Assembly: GCF_963853765.1 (NCBI RefSeq)
Contig: NC_088862.1
Span: 1,488,001-1,552,000, forward strand
DNA: 64,000 nucleotides
Reading direction: 5' to 3'
Origin: Magallana gigas
Lineage: Eukaryota
Part shown: positions 45,601 to 60,294 of the stretch, one piece after another
How positions within the stretch are numbered: position 1 is the first letter of the stretch
Layout: each line of letters opens with the position of its first letter
The notes under the pieces: model-generated
Databases searched by the model: none
What the model was told of the DNA's origin: nothing
What the model saw: only the letters and a program-made list of their open reading frames with translations
Translations under genes and position numbers: made by a program

Positions 45601-48449
45601 AACATGAGTGACTTTTATAGGTTCCCCTCTATCTGATGTTGATTGTTAGGTTATTATTTCACCAGCGACACAACTGTCTCGTCTAGTTTGGTGGAGGGAG
45701 AAATTTGCAGACAACAACACAAAATTACAACAAAACAGACCTGTAACAGTTTACCCTTATGGTATATCTTATGAAATTAGAAACCCTTAAATATTGTGTG
45801 TCTGGTGGTTAAGGGGGATCCATGGCCGTGACCATATTTAGACTATATTAATCTCCTTTAGAAGAAGAGCTCTATATAAAAGTATCGGAACACACCCAAA
45901 AATGTAAAATATATGGATTTTTTCTTCACTACCTAATAGTTTATAACTGTGAACAAATCATATCTTAAAGTATAAACAGTTTAATTAATTAACCTCTTTA
46001 CTTCTGATAAAATACTGAGATCTAGAGCTGAGACACGCTCGTATGTACCATAGATCTTATTGTTATACTTTCATGTTAAATACTGAAATCTGATTGGTTA
46101 AGACGCAATTCATAACCCGTTCTATTACCCTCAGCGTTAGCAACGCACTTAGCAACGGGTAACATTACAAATTGTTACATGCGCGAAAATTATGCGCGTA
46201 CCGTTCGCTGTAGAATTCACGTTATTCCTATATAAAAGCAGTAAAATTTTCTTAAAAATTAAGACATTCAGTATAACAATGGTTTTCTCGGGGTGTCAAT
46301 TTAAACTGTTACCCTCCCAAACAGGCACTATTTATATAATGTGGCTGTGGTGAAGACATTACCTGTACAAATATACGGGGGTTGATCCAAAAGTAATGTC
46401 ACAGATGCGATAAAATCGTGAAAAATCCGGGTAAAGTGACAAAAATTCGTGCTTGAAGATATCTACCTAATTCAATTCAGACCTGAAAATTTTAATGCAT
46501 TGTGATAATTATTTCTGAAGATAATATATTTTGTAGAGCATGAGGTAACGATAGTCGCCGCACGCTAACTACGTCATTTCTAGATCTTTGGCGTTCTGGT
46601 AGAATTTAGTAATTTAATACTCTATTTAAATTCGCCACGATTCTCTATTTTACATTTTTTTTTATCAAATTTTTACATAAAGTAACTAATTAATCTTTTT
46701 GTAATCGATGAAGAAGGATATTGCCAATGGATTATTTAATGTGCGATCACGTTGTCAAAGTCTCTTCAAGAAGTCATGAACGTAGCTTTATGATATAGAC
46801 ATTGACGTAAGAACCCAGCTTTAATTTTTCTTCAGAGCGTATGTCTTCTATCTATCTCATTTATTTATTAACATGACATATGCTTTTATTAGGTTTTGGA
46901 ACCACGTGTAAGGTACCTTTTTTACTCCCTCTCAGTTTTAGGTTGATATATCAATTCCAGTACATTTTCTAGTGATTTCTATCCGTCGAAGCAAAAAATG
47001 CATCGTATCACTATTCGCATGTCCAGCCTTTTTATTCCTTGATCTAGAGACAAAAGGCATTGGGTAGATATCCAAAATGGACAGTAACGGTTCCTAATTT
47101 TTCAAAACAGTTAGAAAAAGTTAATAATATATCTGTTTTAAAATATTTTGTTGTTTGAGGCATTTTCAAAATTTGAGGGATGTAATTTATTCATATATAC
47201 AAACCTTAAAAAAGAGGTAAATTCATGACGCGGCGATGTCACGTATATATCATGCTATAAACATCAATATCTTCTTAAGTGTTCAGCGAAATTTAATAAA
47301 AATTTTGATTCGAATTTAAATTTTCATAAGGAAAATTTTGATGTATCATTTTATACAATAGCCCGTCATTGAGAAGCGCGGTGCATAATGTGACATTACT
47401 TTTTGATCAACCCTTGTACATGTAAAGTCGCTTTACTTGAAGAGTTCACAATTAGACACTATACTTGGAAGGCTTAATGCATTGAATTGACACCATGTGA
47501 AAATGCTCCCTATCAAACCGCGTAACTAATTACATACATACTGTAGCATAATCCAGGCACGAAGCATCATTTTTGAATCTAAGGGGGCGGGAAGGGGGGG
47601 GGGGAGCAGGCGTAGTACATCTCTAACTTCAATTTTCCTGTTCATTTTCTTAATTTTACTTCATGCCATTTTTCACTTAGTCTAAAAAATGAGGGGGGGG
47701 GGGGGACGCAACAATTTCACTTTTTTAAATGTAAATTTCAGAAAAATCTTTGCTGCGACAATATAAGTGCCTGTATTCTTACAAGGTAGTCCCAATCCAT
47801 TCAAGAACTGTAGATTGGCAAAAAATCATGATGGTTTTAATTTCACTATGTTCGCGATTTATCGTTTTTCTGCTAAAATAAACCCATCGTAAATATTTAC
47901 TTAGGTTTTTTAAAACGTTTTATTGCTTGTACTCTGATCAACTGGTTTTCTTGGAGCGTGAAATTTAAACCATCGCGATTGGTACTTTTGGAGAATTCGT
48001 GAAATTTTAACACCGTGAAATTAAAAACGACTTACAATAATTAATTTATATTCTAAAATTTGCAATAGTGCAACAGTGTTTACATCCACATCTCTTTACA
48101 GCATAAATCTGTTGATTTTAATATAAATAACTAAATATGAATTTTTCAAATATATACATTTCATAGGAGTAGGAACTTTTTACCCATTAATTCTATAATC
48201 TTAAACAAAAATATGTGTAACTTCATCTTTCACAAAAAACCTGACATATGTGTCCAAGTGACAGGGCGATCCACGAGAAGTGCCCACTCCCCCTCCCCCC
48301 CCCCCCCCCCCCCCCGATTCAAATGATTTGACCGTATTCTACTATAAGAAATAAAACACAGATATAAAACGGCGAACCTTGAGACAGCACAGCCCCGCCG
48401 GTCCGGCCCCGATAACCGCTACCCTCTGTCTACGAGTTGTCCCCGACAT
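42687..48449 (-). CDS. FMO: Flavin-containing monooxygenase (class B), 6 coding exons, about 452 aa
   Basis: Exons 48378-48449, 44893-45035, 44539-44680, 44130-44272, 43724-43901 and 42687-43367 are phase-consistent. Motifs are the FAD site VIGAGPAG, GGIWNY, INVPKE, VCNGH, the FMO signature FEGRAIHSKEFR, and FCTGY. Confidence 0.93.
46377..47416. mobile_element. Tc1/mariner-like non-autonomous element in FMO intron 1
   Basis: TA-flanked 27-bp TIRs: cggggttgatccaaaagtaatgtcaca / tgtgacattactttttgatcaacccttg. Another right end is at about 50515-50555. Confidence 0.75.
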
Positions 48450-51400
48450 CTCTGCTGCTCACTGTACGTGTATTAGGGAGAGCGGACTACTGTTAAATGA
48501 CAGGAGTATGTAGGCTCATGTTGTCTTATATGGAAAAGGCATCGCAGCGTATCTGTAACCCCCTCTTGTGAATTACTCTAATACTGTTGTTGATATGTAG
48601 TATAATGTATCTTTAATATGTTAACATGCAACAGGAGTATGGTGCAAATTGTAGCATACTCCAGTACATGTAGTATATCATATGCAATGGCATGCATATG
48701 CACTTAATTATAATACCCATAAGTCATTAAATTGATTGGACGGTCTTTTCAAAAACATATTTGTTTGGTTTCAAAACGGCACAGTTAGTGTAAACTCTGC
48801 ATTTAAATCTATGTATGCTATCCAAACCAGTTCAAGCGAGCATCCCACTTTCAGCAAAAAGGTTATGAGAAGAAAAGGCAGTTGGAAAATAATTCCCATT
48901 TCAAAGCCTGTGTTAAAAATTAAAAATAAGGTCAGGGTAAAAATGTTCTGGAAGTGTTCTGGGGCTCGTTTGAGAGAGAGGTCTAATTTAGACTATAGCT
49001 TTAGCATAAGTCCTTGACAAACGCAGCAGTGCACATGCGTAAAATTGTTTCTATTACTCTCTTATGTACAGGTGTATGTAGCATGTGAAAATATGATCAA
49101 TTTTAGAGGAACTAGCAATTGTTGTAATTTTTACTTCAAAATATTTAAGATTTGATAAATTCTTGTTTCAGTTCGTACAAATGTAAAATTTTCAAATTCC
49201 TTTTCCTTCCACAATTTACCGAACGAAAAGTTTTGGTAGATTTCACTATTCTTTATACCATGTTTAAATTTTGAAATATTTCAGGCATTGGGTTATGAAG
49301 TTATGGTCAAGACAAAATTTATTTTATTAATTTGACCTTGGAAAGAAGTCAAGGTCAAAAGTTTAAAAACAGTATCACAATGTTATCTTTATTGTTCGTT
49401 GGTTAAAGTTTGAAGTCCTTCTGTTAAAGCATGATAAAAAATGAAAGGTATTTTTTTTTCTAAGTTGAAATTGAAGTAAAATAACTAGGGCATTTGTATA
49501 TCTACATGTAGCGTTACTCTAGCTACAGGGGCAAAAAATTGTAAACTTCTATAGTGAAAAGAGACCTGCATGCCTTAACTGGATAATCTTTTATAATATT
49601 TATTTTTATTTATAATGCACACAACACTAGTACTAGTATGCAGTTTATTTCTACAAACAAACAGTGGACAAGAAATTTAACTAGATTTCCTTATAAAAAA
49701 AACAAAGTAAAGTTACTCAAATTACCGCGCTTTTCCTTGGCGCTATATTATAGAATCTATGTACCATTTTAACAATAGCTTGGACTTTTGGTAGTTGTGC
49801 CAAACAGCAATGTGTCTATCTCATTGTTGGCCACACATAAATAAATAAAGAATTTATGGTTTCATTGAAATAAATGTTAAAACGGGCTTAGCCCCTGTAG
49901 TTGGCCATTCAGCCATGGCTCTTTGAAATCCACAAGACTTGTCTGGCTTTAAAAATTCCTGGAATAACAAAACCTAATTGAGTGTTTAAAACATGCATAT
50001 ATGTGACATCACCGCACCATTCATTAAAGTCTTTTTTAACGTTTCCAGTTTAGAAGAAAAGACGTGCGTTAAATTTGAAAACGCCCCAAACAACACAATA
50101 TTTTAAACAGATATAGCATAGACTGTTTCTAACTGTTCACGAAATATAAGGAAACGTCACCGTCCGTTTTGGTTAACTACGCGGCGCACTTTTATCTCTA
50201 GATATAGAGAGACCAGATATGTAAAAAGTGATACATTTTTTGTGCTTCGATAGATAAAAATAAGGAGAAAACATATTGATCAAACTGATCGTAAATTAAA
50301 AAAGACTAAAACAAAAAGTTAAAAAAAACGCCGAGAATCCAAATTGACGTCGCCAGCGTCCGGCGATAATCCGTGCCCCACTCTTTATAATACAGGGTAT
50401 ATTTTCCTAAAAATAACTATAATTATTTTAATAATGCATTGAAATTTTCAGATCTGAATTGGTATAAGTAGATAAAGTACGAATTTTTGTCCCTCTAAGC
50501 ACAGTTTTCACGATCATATCGCATCTGTGACATTACTTCTGGATCAACCCTCGTGGAACACACATAAATATGGCCAAGTGACAATATACCTAGGCATGTG
50601 GTTTTCAAGGTTAACTTAAAAAAGGGTAAACTCGTTAATGGACGATAAACGATAATATGTTACCCGAGTGACTCAAGTGGTTTAAAAATATATGTTCACC
50701 ATACGACTTTATTTGTCACCCCCTCATATAAAAAGCCTCATCCCCTGACATGGGCAGTAAATTTCCCAATTTAAGAACAAGAGAATATGTATTATATAAA
50801 TAAAAATGCATTTAGTTTATTTCCAATGGCTGTGAAAGAACAGAAAATATCATATAAGTGAATAATTTTCACTATGTGGCCAAATTAGCCCTTGAACCAA
50901 TGATCCAGAATTCATGAATTTTGTAAAGTACGTTTTACTAATAAGTGCTTCTTGGATATCATAACCATGCGTTCAGTTTCACCATCCAACCCCCCTGCCG
51001 TGGAGGAAGAGAAGATGATTTTTTAAAGATTAAATACATTTTTATGACCATATTGGCCTGCTCAAGGGCCTGAACCCCTAACCCATGTATTTTACAATTT
51101 TGACGATATTAGGCTTTGTAAACATCAGAATTATGCAGTCAGTTTATTCCCCACTACTGTGTAAGTAGGGGAGATAATTTTTTACAATTCATCCGGCTAT
51201 ATTGGCCCCGCCATAGGACCAGAACTCTTGACACAGCGACCATGAATTTCATAATTTAGGTAAAGGACAGCAAATATGGACATCAAAACCAGGCCACAAC
51301 CCCTGAGCCAGGGACCAAGAACTTCCCAATATAAGTGACATCCTAACCATGCATTGCGGTTTTTTAATCATCAAAGTTAGGCTTGTTCCTGTTTTGCACG

Positions 51401-52056
51401 TATTTGCAAATCTAGAATAAAAAATATGTGCAAATCGTAAATTTGTCCAGGTAAGATAATTGAATCGCTAATGCCTGTATCAAAAGGTACCCAAAGCTAC
51501 ACAAACCAAGGGAAATTTGATATGTCCATATTTACGAATAATAAAGAAAAATTTTGTCCTAAGTAAATTTGATGTGACACGAATTTTAGCTGATTTTTGT
51601 TTTATATTTTGGACACTTTTCAAACCTTTGCCATTTTTCTGTACAATGATTTATTGTATACGCCCCGGGAATCCTTTGGTCTAAAAATATGTGGAGGGGG
51701 TGGGTGAATTCACTCATATAAACAAGAAGTATATGTCAACCAATAATAATGATCAAGAAAAAACGTAACTATTGTATGCTATTGGTAAATATATTTGATG
51801 TACAATTTCGAAGAACAAATAAACATTGCATGCATTAGAATTTGCCCAGGGAGAACGATGTCTTCGTTAAGAAATGCATCCCAGATTTCATTTAACCAGC
51901 ATATTAAACAGCTCATCAAATCAAGTTTAAAATTGTATCAAGCATTAAGGTGTGCAGCCATCTTATATATTTGGTGATAAAAATGTAAATATTTCTTGAA
52001 TGGGATTATTAAAGTTGTTTCTGCCCAACCTGGTTTCAAAAGATAAAAAACATTAA

Positions 52057-52571
52057 AGGGACTTGGACACGATTTGAGATCATAAATTTTATTTTTATTT
52101 TTTTATGTATAAAATGGTTTACTGGTGTATTTTAAATTGATTGACCAAAATATTGAATGTTAAAGTCAAATTACAAGGAGATACAGAGGTAAGAACTGGT
52201 TGTTATATAAAACAAAACTCGAGTCTTATAGTTGTTTATAAAAAATGTAATGTAGAGAATTACCATTTCTTAGACAAAATGACTTGTAAAAACAATTTAA
52301 ACTAATTTAGTATCTTCATAAATACTATTTTCTACAAAAGAAATATTCATTTGATTGAAACTTGAACCAATACAACACATATGTAAAAAATGACAATATT
52401 CGAGCTTTGTTTACAAAACAAAGAATTATGAACTCTGTATCTTGCTTATAACTTGATATCTAACTTTCAAATTTTGACGTAGCATTATAAACTTCTATGT
52501 TTATCAGTTTAAACATCGAAAATGGAAAAATAAAATTTGAAAATTTTAAGTCAAATCGTGTCCAAGGCCCT
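52057..52571. mobile_element. Second copy of the TTAA-flanked MITE at 33597-34109
   Basis: ttaa|agggacttggacacgatttgag ... caaatcgtgtccaaggccct, with a collinear interior. Confidence 0.85.
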
Positions 52572-52851
52572 CACGTAGCCTCAAGTGGCTCACGTGTTTG
52601 CTTGCAGTACTAAAACATTCTTAAAAAATAGAATAATAATAACAAACTCAATTTTTCCTCATACAAAACAACAAAACAGTTGTTCTGTTACCATGGTTAT
52701 AATAATATACACCATTCTGAGATTCCATGTACATCATGTACAGCATAAACAACCTTGAAAAAACCTCACACATACATGTAGTGTCTCCACTTGTACAAGC
52801 ACTGTTTAACATAAAATCATAAAACCTTGCACACCTTTAAAACTTGACTGT

Positions 52852-52895
<44 letters not shown>

Positions 52896-52961
52896 TCTCT
52901 TGTTTGGCATGAACTATTCACCAGGTAATAAGATGTTTTCTTCACAATAGCCTGTTATATT

Positions 52962-55900
52962 TCATTGGAATGCTTTCCTGTCCAGACCCAGAAACTCGCA
53001 TGCATTGTTAACCAGCAACTTTTCCTGTCAATACAAAGAACATCTATATTTAATTTTCCTAAAATGTAACAGGTGAACTACATGGTAAGGTATTGCTTAT
53101 GACTGCTTAAATGTTAGCAATGTTAACCAACATTAAAGTAAGAAGTAGCATCTGATAACAAAATGTTAACTCTTTACGAACAAGAATAGAATTCCTGGGT
53201 CCCCCGCCGGTCAAGCAGTATACTAGTATCGAGTCCATCAACCAATGCTGATTTTCGAACTTGACCAAAGTATTAGTGGTATAAACATTTGGTATAAATT
53301 TAATGAAAATCTGTCAAAATTTGTAGGCATGAGAGCGCTTACAAGGTCAATTTTTGGATAAAACGGAGTCATTATTGCGGTCAAAGTACCATAACTCCAA
53401 CAAAAAGTATCGACCAATGCTGGTTTTCGAACTTGACCAAGGTAATAGTGGTATAAACATTTGGTATAAATTTAGTGAAAATCCGTCAAAATTTGTAGGC
53501 ATGAGAGCGCTTACAAAAAAGTGTGACGGACGGACACACGGACGGACGCCCGGCATTTCTATGTCCCCGCACCTCGTTGCGGCGGGGGACAAAAAAACCC
53601 AGGGATGATGACCATCCTACATAGTGTAGATACTGCTCTAGAGATATTTATAATGACTCTGTACCTTCAGTGGCTGCTGGAAGTCCATGGATTCTATCAG
53701 CTTTCCTGGATGATGCTCACCCAGAGGGAAAGGATAGTCCGACCCCATTATGACCCGGTCCTAGATAAAAGAGAGAGATCAGACAAAATCAAAGTACTGA
53801 TAGCTCTGAAAGGAATTGACTTCAGCAACTTTAACAAAGTCAGAGTTCAGAGTTGCCTATTGACTTTCATATAAAAAATGTTAAGTTGCTTTTTATGATA
53901 AAAATTTTCTTTTTAATTTGCCAACACAAAATTGTGTAGATGCTTTTAACTAAAATTATCTGCAATATATCTGTATCGAGGTATGAACTAAAAAAAAAAT
54001 GAATAAAATTTTACAATAATTTTTAAATTACACATTTATTTTCACTCTTTTTTAAAGATGATTGCTTATTGAAGAGGTTTCTCAGAAACTAAAACATCAA
54101 ATTAATTGACAATAAAAAATCATGAGAGAAATTTTTATGTGGAAACATATGACTTGTACTATCTTTTTATTATAAATGGAAAGAAGATAAACCTTAAATC
54201 GACCCAGAGTGGACACAGAGAATAAACCCTGATCAGAAGTATAAACTTGAAAGCAGATGCTACATGTCGTGCATTTAGAATATACAAGGGGCAGAATTAC
54301 AGGCAACAAGATGGTAAGATAAAAGATGGGTCTGTTTCAAACTTCATTGTGTACAGTGGACCCCAAAAGCAAACCCCAAGTATACCCAGAGTATACCTAA
54401 AGCAAACCCCGAGTATACCTAAAGTAAACCACGAGTATACCTAACGTACACCCCAAGTGGACCCAAAATAAACCCAGAGTGGATCCAATTTTCAAAAGCG
54501 GACCCAGAGAAAACCCCAAATAAACCCCCAAAGTAAACCTGGGGTTTAGTTGGGATGTGCTCTGGTGTTAGGTTGGGTCTGATCGTACTGTAGATGCATA
54601 CATTTAGGAAAATTATGATGACCAAACAAAACAGGGACCGAGTTGTTTGAACACAAGTAGTCGGCAAGATCTACAACCATATTGACTTACCTCCCCTATA
54701 ACGTCCACTAGAAGTTTGAGGGCCACTGGATCATGCACTAGGGTGTCCGTATAAAACTTGCCCAGGAATTGTCGGGGACCAGTTTTGCAGTCGGTAGCAC
54801 ACAGATCTGGACGGACATTATAACCATGCTCAATACGACCCACAGTGAAGGGAAAGGCTCCCCCTGAAATATCAAAGTCATGTCAAAATGTCTGCTACTT
54901 CTTTCCTCCTGCATGTACATAGTATTACACGTACTATGTGTATGGTGTATGTTTAAGATTCATAACCTTTGACCCGCTTTCTATATGTAAATAATGAAAT
55001 TTAAACATTGGAATCTGCTTAAAGTTTTGAAATCTTTTAACTGTTTTACATTTTAAAAGAAGAAACCCCATCTTATTCAACTAAGCAATCTATTGCTTTG
55101 TTCTATAATAGATAAAACAGATCAAATCCTACATCTTTGTTCAAGCCATAGAGATTGTATAATATGGGGTGTCCATAACTACCGGTAGGCTCTTACCCAA
55201 AGCTTTTGATTATAAACCAACACCCTCCCCACTAAGCTAAATGGTAAACCCGCTAGGAGCTATATATAGATACACTATTACAATAGTACAGAACGTACCT
55301 CCGTGTGCGAAGCAGACTTTGAGTTTGGGGAATTCTTCTAGGACTCCCCCCATGACCATACAGCAGATTGCCGTGGCTGTCTCTGACGGCATTCCTGGAA
55401 AACAATAAACATGATGAATTAAGCTTACTCCTTAAAACAAATGAAATAAATCAACTTAAAAAAAATGAACCAAAAAGGCAGGGATATTCATTGGAGACAA
55501 AATTATATATATTTTTGTGACAACATTTAATATTAAGATTATTCAAGCGATCCACTCTGTGTGATAGGCCTCAGTACTAAATCACCCCACATTGACCAAC
55601 AATACCATAAACTAGTTCACTGACCTACCAGCCAGGGTAACCAGTACTTCTTCATCCGACCGCTCAAGTCCATGTCCCAGGGGTGAACAAAGATGGACAT
55701 CTCGTGTTTCTCAGCGGCCTGCAATTAAATTGTTACTGTAAATTCCTTATTTTACACCAGTATGAATTCCACAAGTCTGCTGTTTGGCATCAAACCGCGA
55801 AAATATAAAATCGAGAGCAACAACTATTTATCATAATTTAAGAGTTCTAAACTGTCTAAAAAATAAAAGCAAAATTAAAGTTTGAGAGTTGATTCTCGCA

Positions 55901-58900
55901 ACTTTATGCGGATATTAATTCCTCACATTTAATAAGGAATCTACAATACTCTAATAAGAAAAATCTGATACAACATTTAAGAGGGAAATCTTAAAAGGAA
56001 ATGTAACCATCTCCTCATCTTCAAAAAGATGTTCATTAAAAGAATTTACAAAATGAAATAAATTACTTAAACCAGTAACTAAAATTTTAAATTTTAGAAA
56101 AATACCATCTCTAAAATACATTTCTCTTTTGAGGACAACACCAGACTCTCATTATTTTGTTTTTATCTGATTTATGATTATCCATCTTCTGCACATATAG
56201 TAGTTCTTCATAGAATAACATGAAAAGTGGTCAGTTATCAAGGGACCACTGGTTTGGGTAGCCCTACCACAAACTTTCAAAGACAATTGCCATTACATTG
56301 TAGTACATGTACATACCGCAAATATTGGTCGGAGTTCCTGGGCGTCCAAGTTCCAGTCGTTAACATGAGAGCCGATCTGTACGCCATGAAATCCTGAAGG
56401 AGAAACAAAAGCATGTCAAAATAAATCAACATTTAAAAAAGGTAACTCTGGTTGTAAATGGAGTATTTAAGGCAAATATTAATATTAAAGTCTGAACATT
56501 TCAAGACTGTTAGTAAGGCTGACATATGAAAGGTCTCAAGAGGAAGACAGTGTTTATTACTTGTAAAGCCAAATATTAAATATTTGTTACTTTTCTCAGG
56601 CCTAACATTTTAAATACAATGCAACAAGCAGACATTCTATTTTCATTACAATATTTGAAAAGAGGAAGAACTCAAAGTTGCCTTTTTTTTTCTTAGGTAA
56701 AATACATTATTCTTAAAGAAAAAAAATTGAGGTTAATTGTTTAATCAAATGCAAAAAATTAATTTAGAGGTTGACGAATACAGACCGCCCGACTAAACTG
56801 CTTTGTAAACTTTAAAATAATTGCATATGCATTGACTGCAACAAAACATTCAGATAATGACCACGAACTAAATGAGGTTACTGACCTAGTTCCTGTTTAC
56901 AGCGGACTAGTTCTTGGACAGCCAGTTCTGGGGCCTGCATGGGGAGCGTTCCCAGCCCCACAAACCTCTGGGGGTACTTCTTGACCGTCTCAGCTATGTC
57001 ATTGTTCAGAATCTGACTCAGGTCTAAGGTGTCCGCTGGTTTGGCCTACAAAAGTTCAAGGAGAGAAAAGTTGTGTCTTCATTTCTAAATCATTGGTGAT
57101 GATAGGGAATATTTAATCCTTTAATCAAAGGCTGTTATGTTTTTGTTACTTACATTATCATCTTGAAAATTCATCATTTCAGATATGAGGAGGAGGGAAA
57201 TATTCATAATAGTTTAATCTACTGTAGATTCCTAATTAAACGCGAGGAATTAATTTATATAAAACAGCAGGATCGTCAAATTAATTACTCGCGTAATATA
57301 AGGAATTTACAGTATATATTATACAAAAGTACTTTAACAGCAGAATGATGTTTAATAATGGTACATGTAGCATCCCTTAATGTACTGTAAACATATTTTA
57401 TTTAGCGTGTACAATGTTTGGCGGAAAATGATTTTTCAACAAGTTATGGTGGAATTGATTAGGCATTTTGTGAATGTGCTCATTCTAATACACATATGAA
57501 AGGCATCTAGCGATGTAATTGAATTAGCGGGAGCCGCTTTCCGCCAAAAACGCTAAAAAGTATACACAGCCAAATGTTATATGTTTACAGTGCCTTATAA
57601 TAAGCTACCATTCCAGTGGCACAAATAATACTTAGTGCTTTTGCCTGAAGTTTGGTTGACAATAATTGAATAAGCTCCCACCAACATTTTGTACACACGT
57701 ACCCAGTAACTGAACATCACAGGGACTGTGGACAGGGCCTGTACTGTCACCCCTAAAAAAAAATGAAAATAGAAAATCCAATCAGGTTAAAACCAGATCC
57801 TTTGATCTGCTGCACAAGATTGGATCTGCAGCAAATAGATTAGGTAATTCCATTTATATTAGGCATACATTGGGGAAGTTCATAACTGTAGTGGCATGGA
57901 TAGGGGAAAATATTGACAATCGACAAGACTGGGATTCCAGCCCGGCCCCGTAATCTCTCACCAAGTACTCTATCCACTGAGTGACATCTAAATGTAGCCC
58001 AGGAATTCAAACCGATCTTACCATCACATTCCTTCCCCTTACATGATCTTCATCCTCGAAGATCACCCAAGGCTCAGTCCTCATTACCAGCATTATAATA
58101 TAACTGGATTATTGTCTACCAACTTTTCCAGGTTTTTTTCCCCGATTACGACAAAGAGAACCAGCGGGTGTGTCCGGTCAGCAGAGGATGCTTACTCCTC
58201 CTAGGCACCTGATCCTACCTCTATCTATTTTGAGGTCAGTGTTGCTCTGCTTTGAACTTGTATTTCATTTTATGGATTTTTGAGATGGTTGATGGTTTGT
58301 TATTGAAATGTCATTTTTTCATTGATTTACCTGGACTCACCTGTGTATTACAATTAGATAAGTTGTTTAGTTCTCTCACCTGTTTCATCCATGTCCTTGA
58401 TCCTTGCCTCTGGGGACCAGCAGTTTTCATCTATGGTCCTGAAAAAGTTTCCATCCTTCATCATGTCTGCCTTCCCAGCACACTTGTGATGAAGTTGCAC
58501 CCATCCCCCATATCCATAGCGCTGAAATCAAAACCATTTCCTCATAAAATTTAATAAAAATCTTCAATGCACTATTATATAAATAGTACCTGTTTGGGAG
58601 GGTAACTGTTGAAATTGACACCCCAAGACAACCACTGTCAACCGATGTGAAGTGGAGGTTGACAATGGTTGTCTCGGGGTGTCAATTTCAACAGTTGCCC
58701 TCCCAAACAGGCACTATTTATTTTATTATACTGAATGTCTTTATTTTAACGAAAATTTTACTTCTTTTTTACGGTTGCTAACGCTGAGGGTAATAGAACG
58801 GATTACCAACTGCGTCTAAACCAATCAGATTTTTTAACATGTATTTAACATGAAATATAATAATATTTAAATGTTTAAAAAAAAAAACGGTCCACTGACA

Positions 58901-60294
58901 CCAAGTACATTGAATAATACATAGGATTAAGATTTTGGGGGAAAAATCACAAACAACAAATTCAGCATAAATGCAACATACATGTATTTTAAGTAGTAAC
59001 TCTAAAGGACTTTATGAATTTATATTTAAACTTAACTCAGAATTCTTAACAAGAATTTGGTGAATTATGTACAATTTTATTCTTAAAAGGGGCAAAATGC
59101 TATTTTTAGTAACAGAGCTGCAGAACCTAGTTTAGACTGACCACATAAAAAAAAATTTTGTGGCAAAATATTGAAATTAATTCTTATAGATGCACATAAA
59201 ATATGAAGTTGATCAGAGAACCTTCCTCCAACCAACTTTTGCATGGTTTTCTCGTAGACATGCTCTTAATATTTTCCAATGTACTTGATTTTAATGGACC
59301 GTTATTGTGATCGGCTTCGGCCGATCACTATTGTGTCCATATGAGGCATCTGTCAAATGCTTCCACGTGCGCACACATTCCGCTTGCATAAGAAGTTCTT
59401 ATAAAAACTTGAAGTTTGGTTTAGTATTTATATAACATTTTACTCACTTTTATTTCAATTCCTTTACCTTAAGAGATGCAAACATACATAAAATACAGTT
59501 CGACCTGTTAATTCAAGAATGCACATTTTGTCTCACACGTAGGAATTTCGATCGAAAGGTTCATTCAGTAATGCAGTTGACCTCGATGAACTGACCTCAA
59601 TCATAAGAAGATGCTCCATGAACTGACCTCGATCTATTGATGTTGCATAATAGTAGCTAGGAAGACAGCTTGATTTATAAACAAGGTTACGTTATAATGC
59701 GACCTCAATAGCAAGTTATGATGGCATTCAATGTTATTCAGTCGCATTAAATTATTTTAATACAACTCTTTCTTTGTATACGTGTTAATGCTCTTTTAGA
59801 GCCCTACTCAGTATTCTGAAGAAGAAGATACGTTAAGATTTAATAATTACATTAAAAATATTAAACTAGACAAGGCGTTTATGAACGGCTTTCCCCAAAT
59901 TTATTTCAAAATTAAATTTGTTGACGGTTTATAATGATGACATTATGGTGTACAGATTTAAAATATTCTACATTTTTTAAAAATACAATACTTTTTAAAT
60001 TATTTTACATCAAACTGATCATGTTAATTGCTTCTTGCTATCAATATATCATTATCGCCGATCATTCCTTTAAAAGGAATACTTGTTTTTCATACAGGAT
60101 TAGCTCAAACTGTCAAAGGGTCCCGATCGAAGTCATGTGCGAAACGCTTTTTGTGTGTGAGCCGTTAGCAGTTGAAATGCTGACAGCTTGTAATGCCATG
60201 TGAATTCTGTTATTGGGAGACAAATCTCCATGAATACCTGTTTTAGATCCGGCCAGTTCTCTGGTAAAATGTGGTTATGAATGTCGATCTTCAT
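52962..60294 (-). CDS. ACMSD: 2-amino-3-carboxymuconate-6-semialdehyde decarboxylase, 10 coding exons, 335 aa
   Basis: Exons 60238-60294, 58380-58521, 57703-57752, 56886-57045, 56317-56393, 55625-55718, 55299-55394, 54691-54863, 53665-53760 and 52962-53024 total 1008 nt and are phase-consistent. Motifs are MKIDIHNHILP, FVHPWDM, CFAHGGGAFPF and GSDYPFPLGE. Confidence 0.96.
53179..53597 (-). mobile_element. Non-autonomous Helentron (HINE-type) in the last ACMSD intron
   Basis: Minus strand starts ttttt gtcccccgccgcaacgaggtgcggggac (hairpin) followed by a (cgtc)n microsatellite. It has two internal repeats about 172 bp apart and ends cggcgggggaccc..ttcttgtt. Confidence 0.8.
55734..55948. mobile_element. 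MITE, tactgtaaattcc...ggaatctacaata
   Basis: Inverted ends of the same family as 57220-57314 and the end at 635-663. Confidence 0.7.
57220..57314. mobile_element. 95-bp minimal MITE (almost pure TIR)
   Basis: tactgtagattcctaattaaacgcgaggaattaatt ... aattaattactcgcgtaatataaggaatttacagta. Confidence 0.75.
57887..58077 (-). mobile_element. Diverged partial copy of the tRNA-LTR TRIM family (3' LTR, PPT, part of the interior)
   Basis: acattccttcccctta.atgatcttc..aagatcaccc.aggctc matches 30606-30655. The adjacent 57887-58028 has TG...CA ends and decayed A/B boxes. Confidence 0.7.
58130..58315 (+). mobile_element. 3' fragment of a common retroposon-type repeat
   Basis: gggtgtgtccggtcagcagaggatgcttactcctcctaggcacctgatcc resembles a repeat I recall from bivalve genomes. 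Family not assigned. Confidence 0.45.

Noticed and set aside
42687-60294. FMO + ACMSD (+ YjbQ) as a metabolic gene cluster
   Set aside because: There is no established shared pathway, the genes are ordinary spliced genes, and adjacency alone is not evidence.
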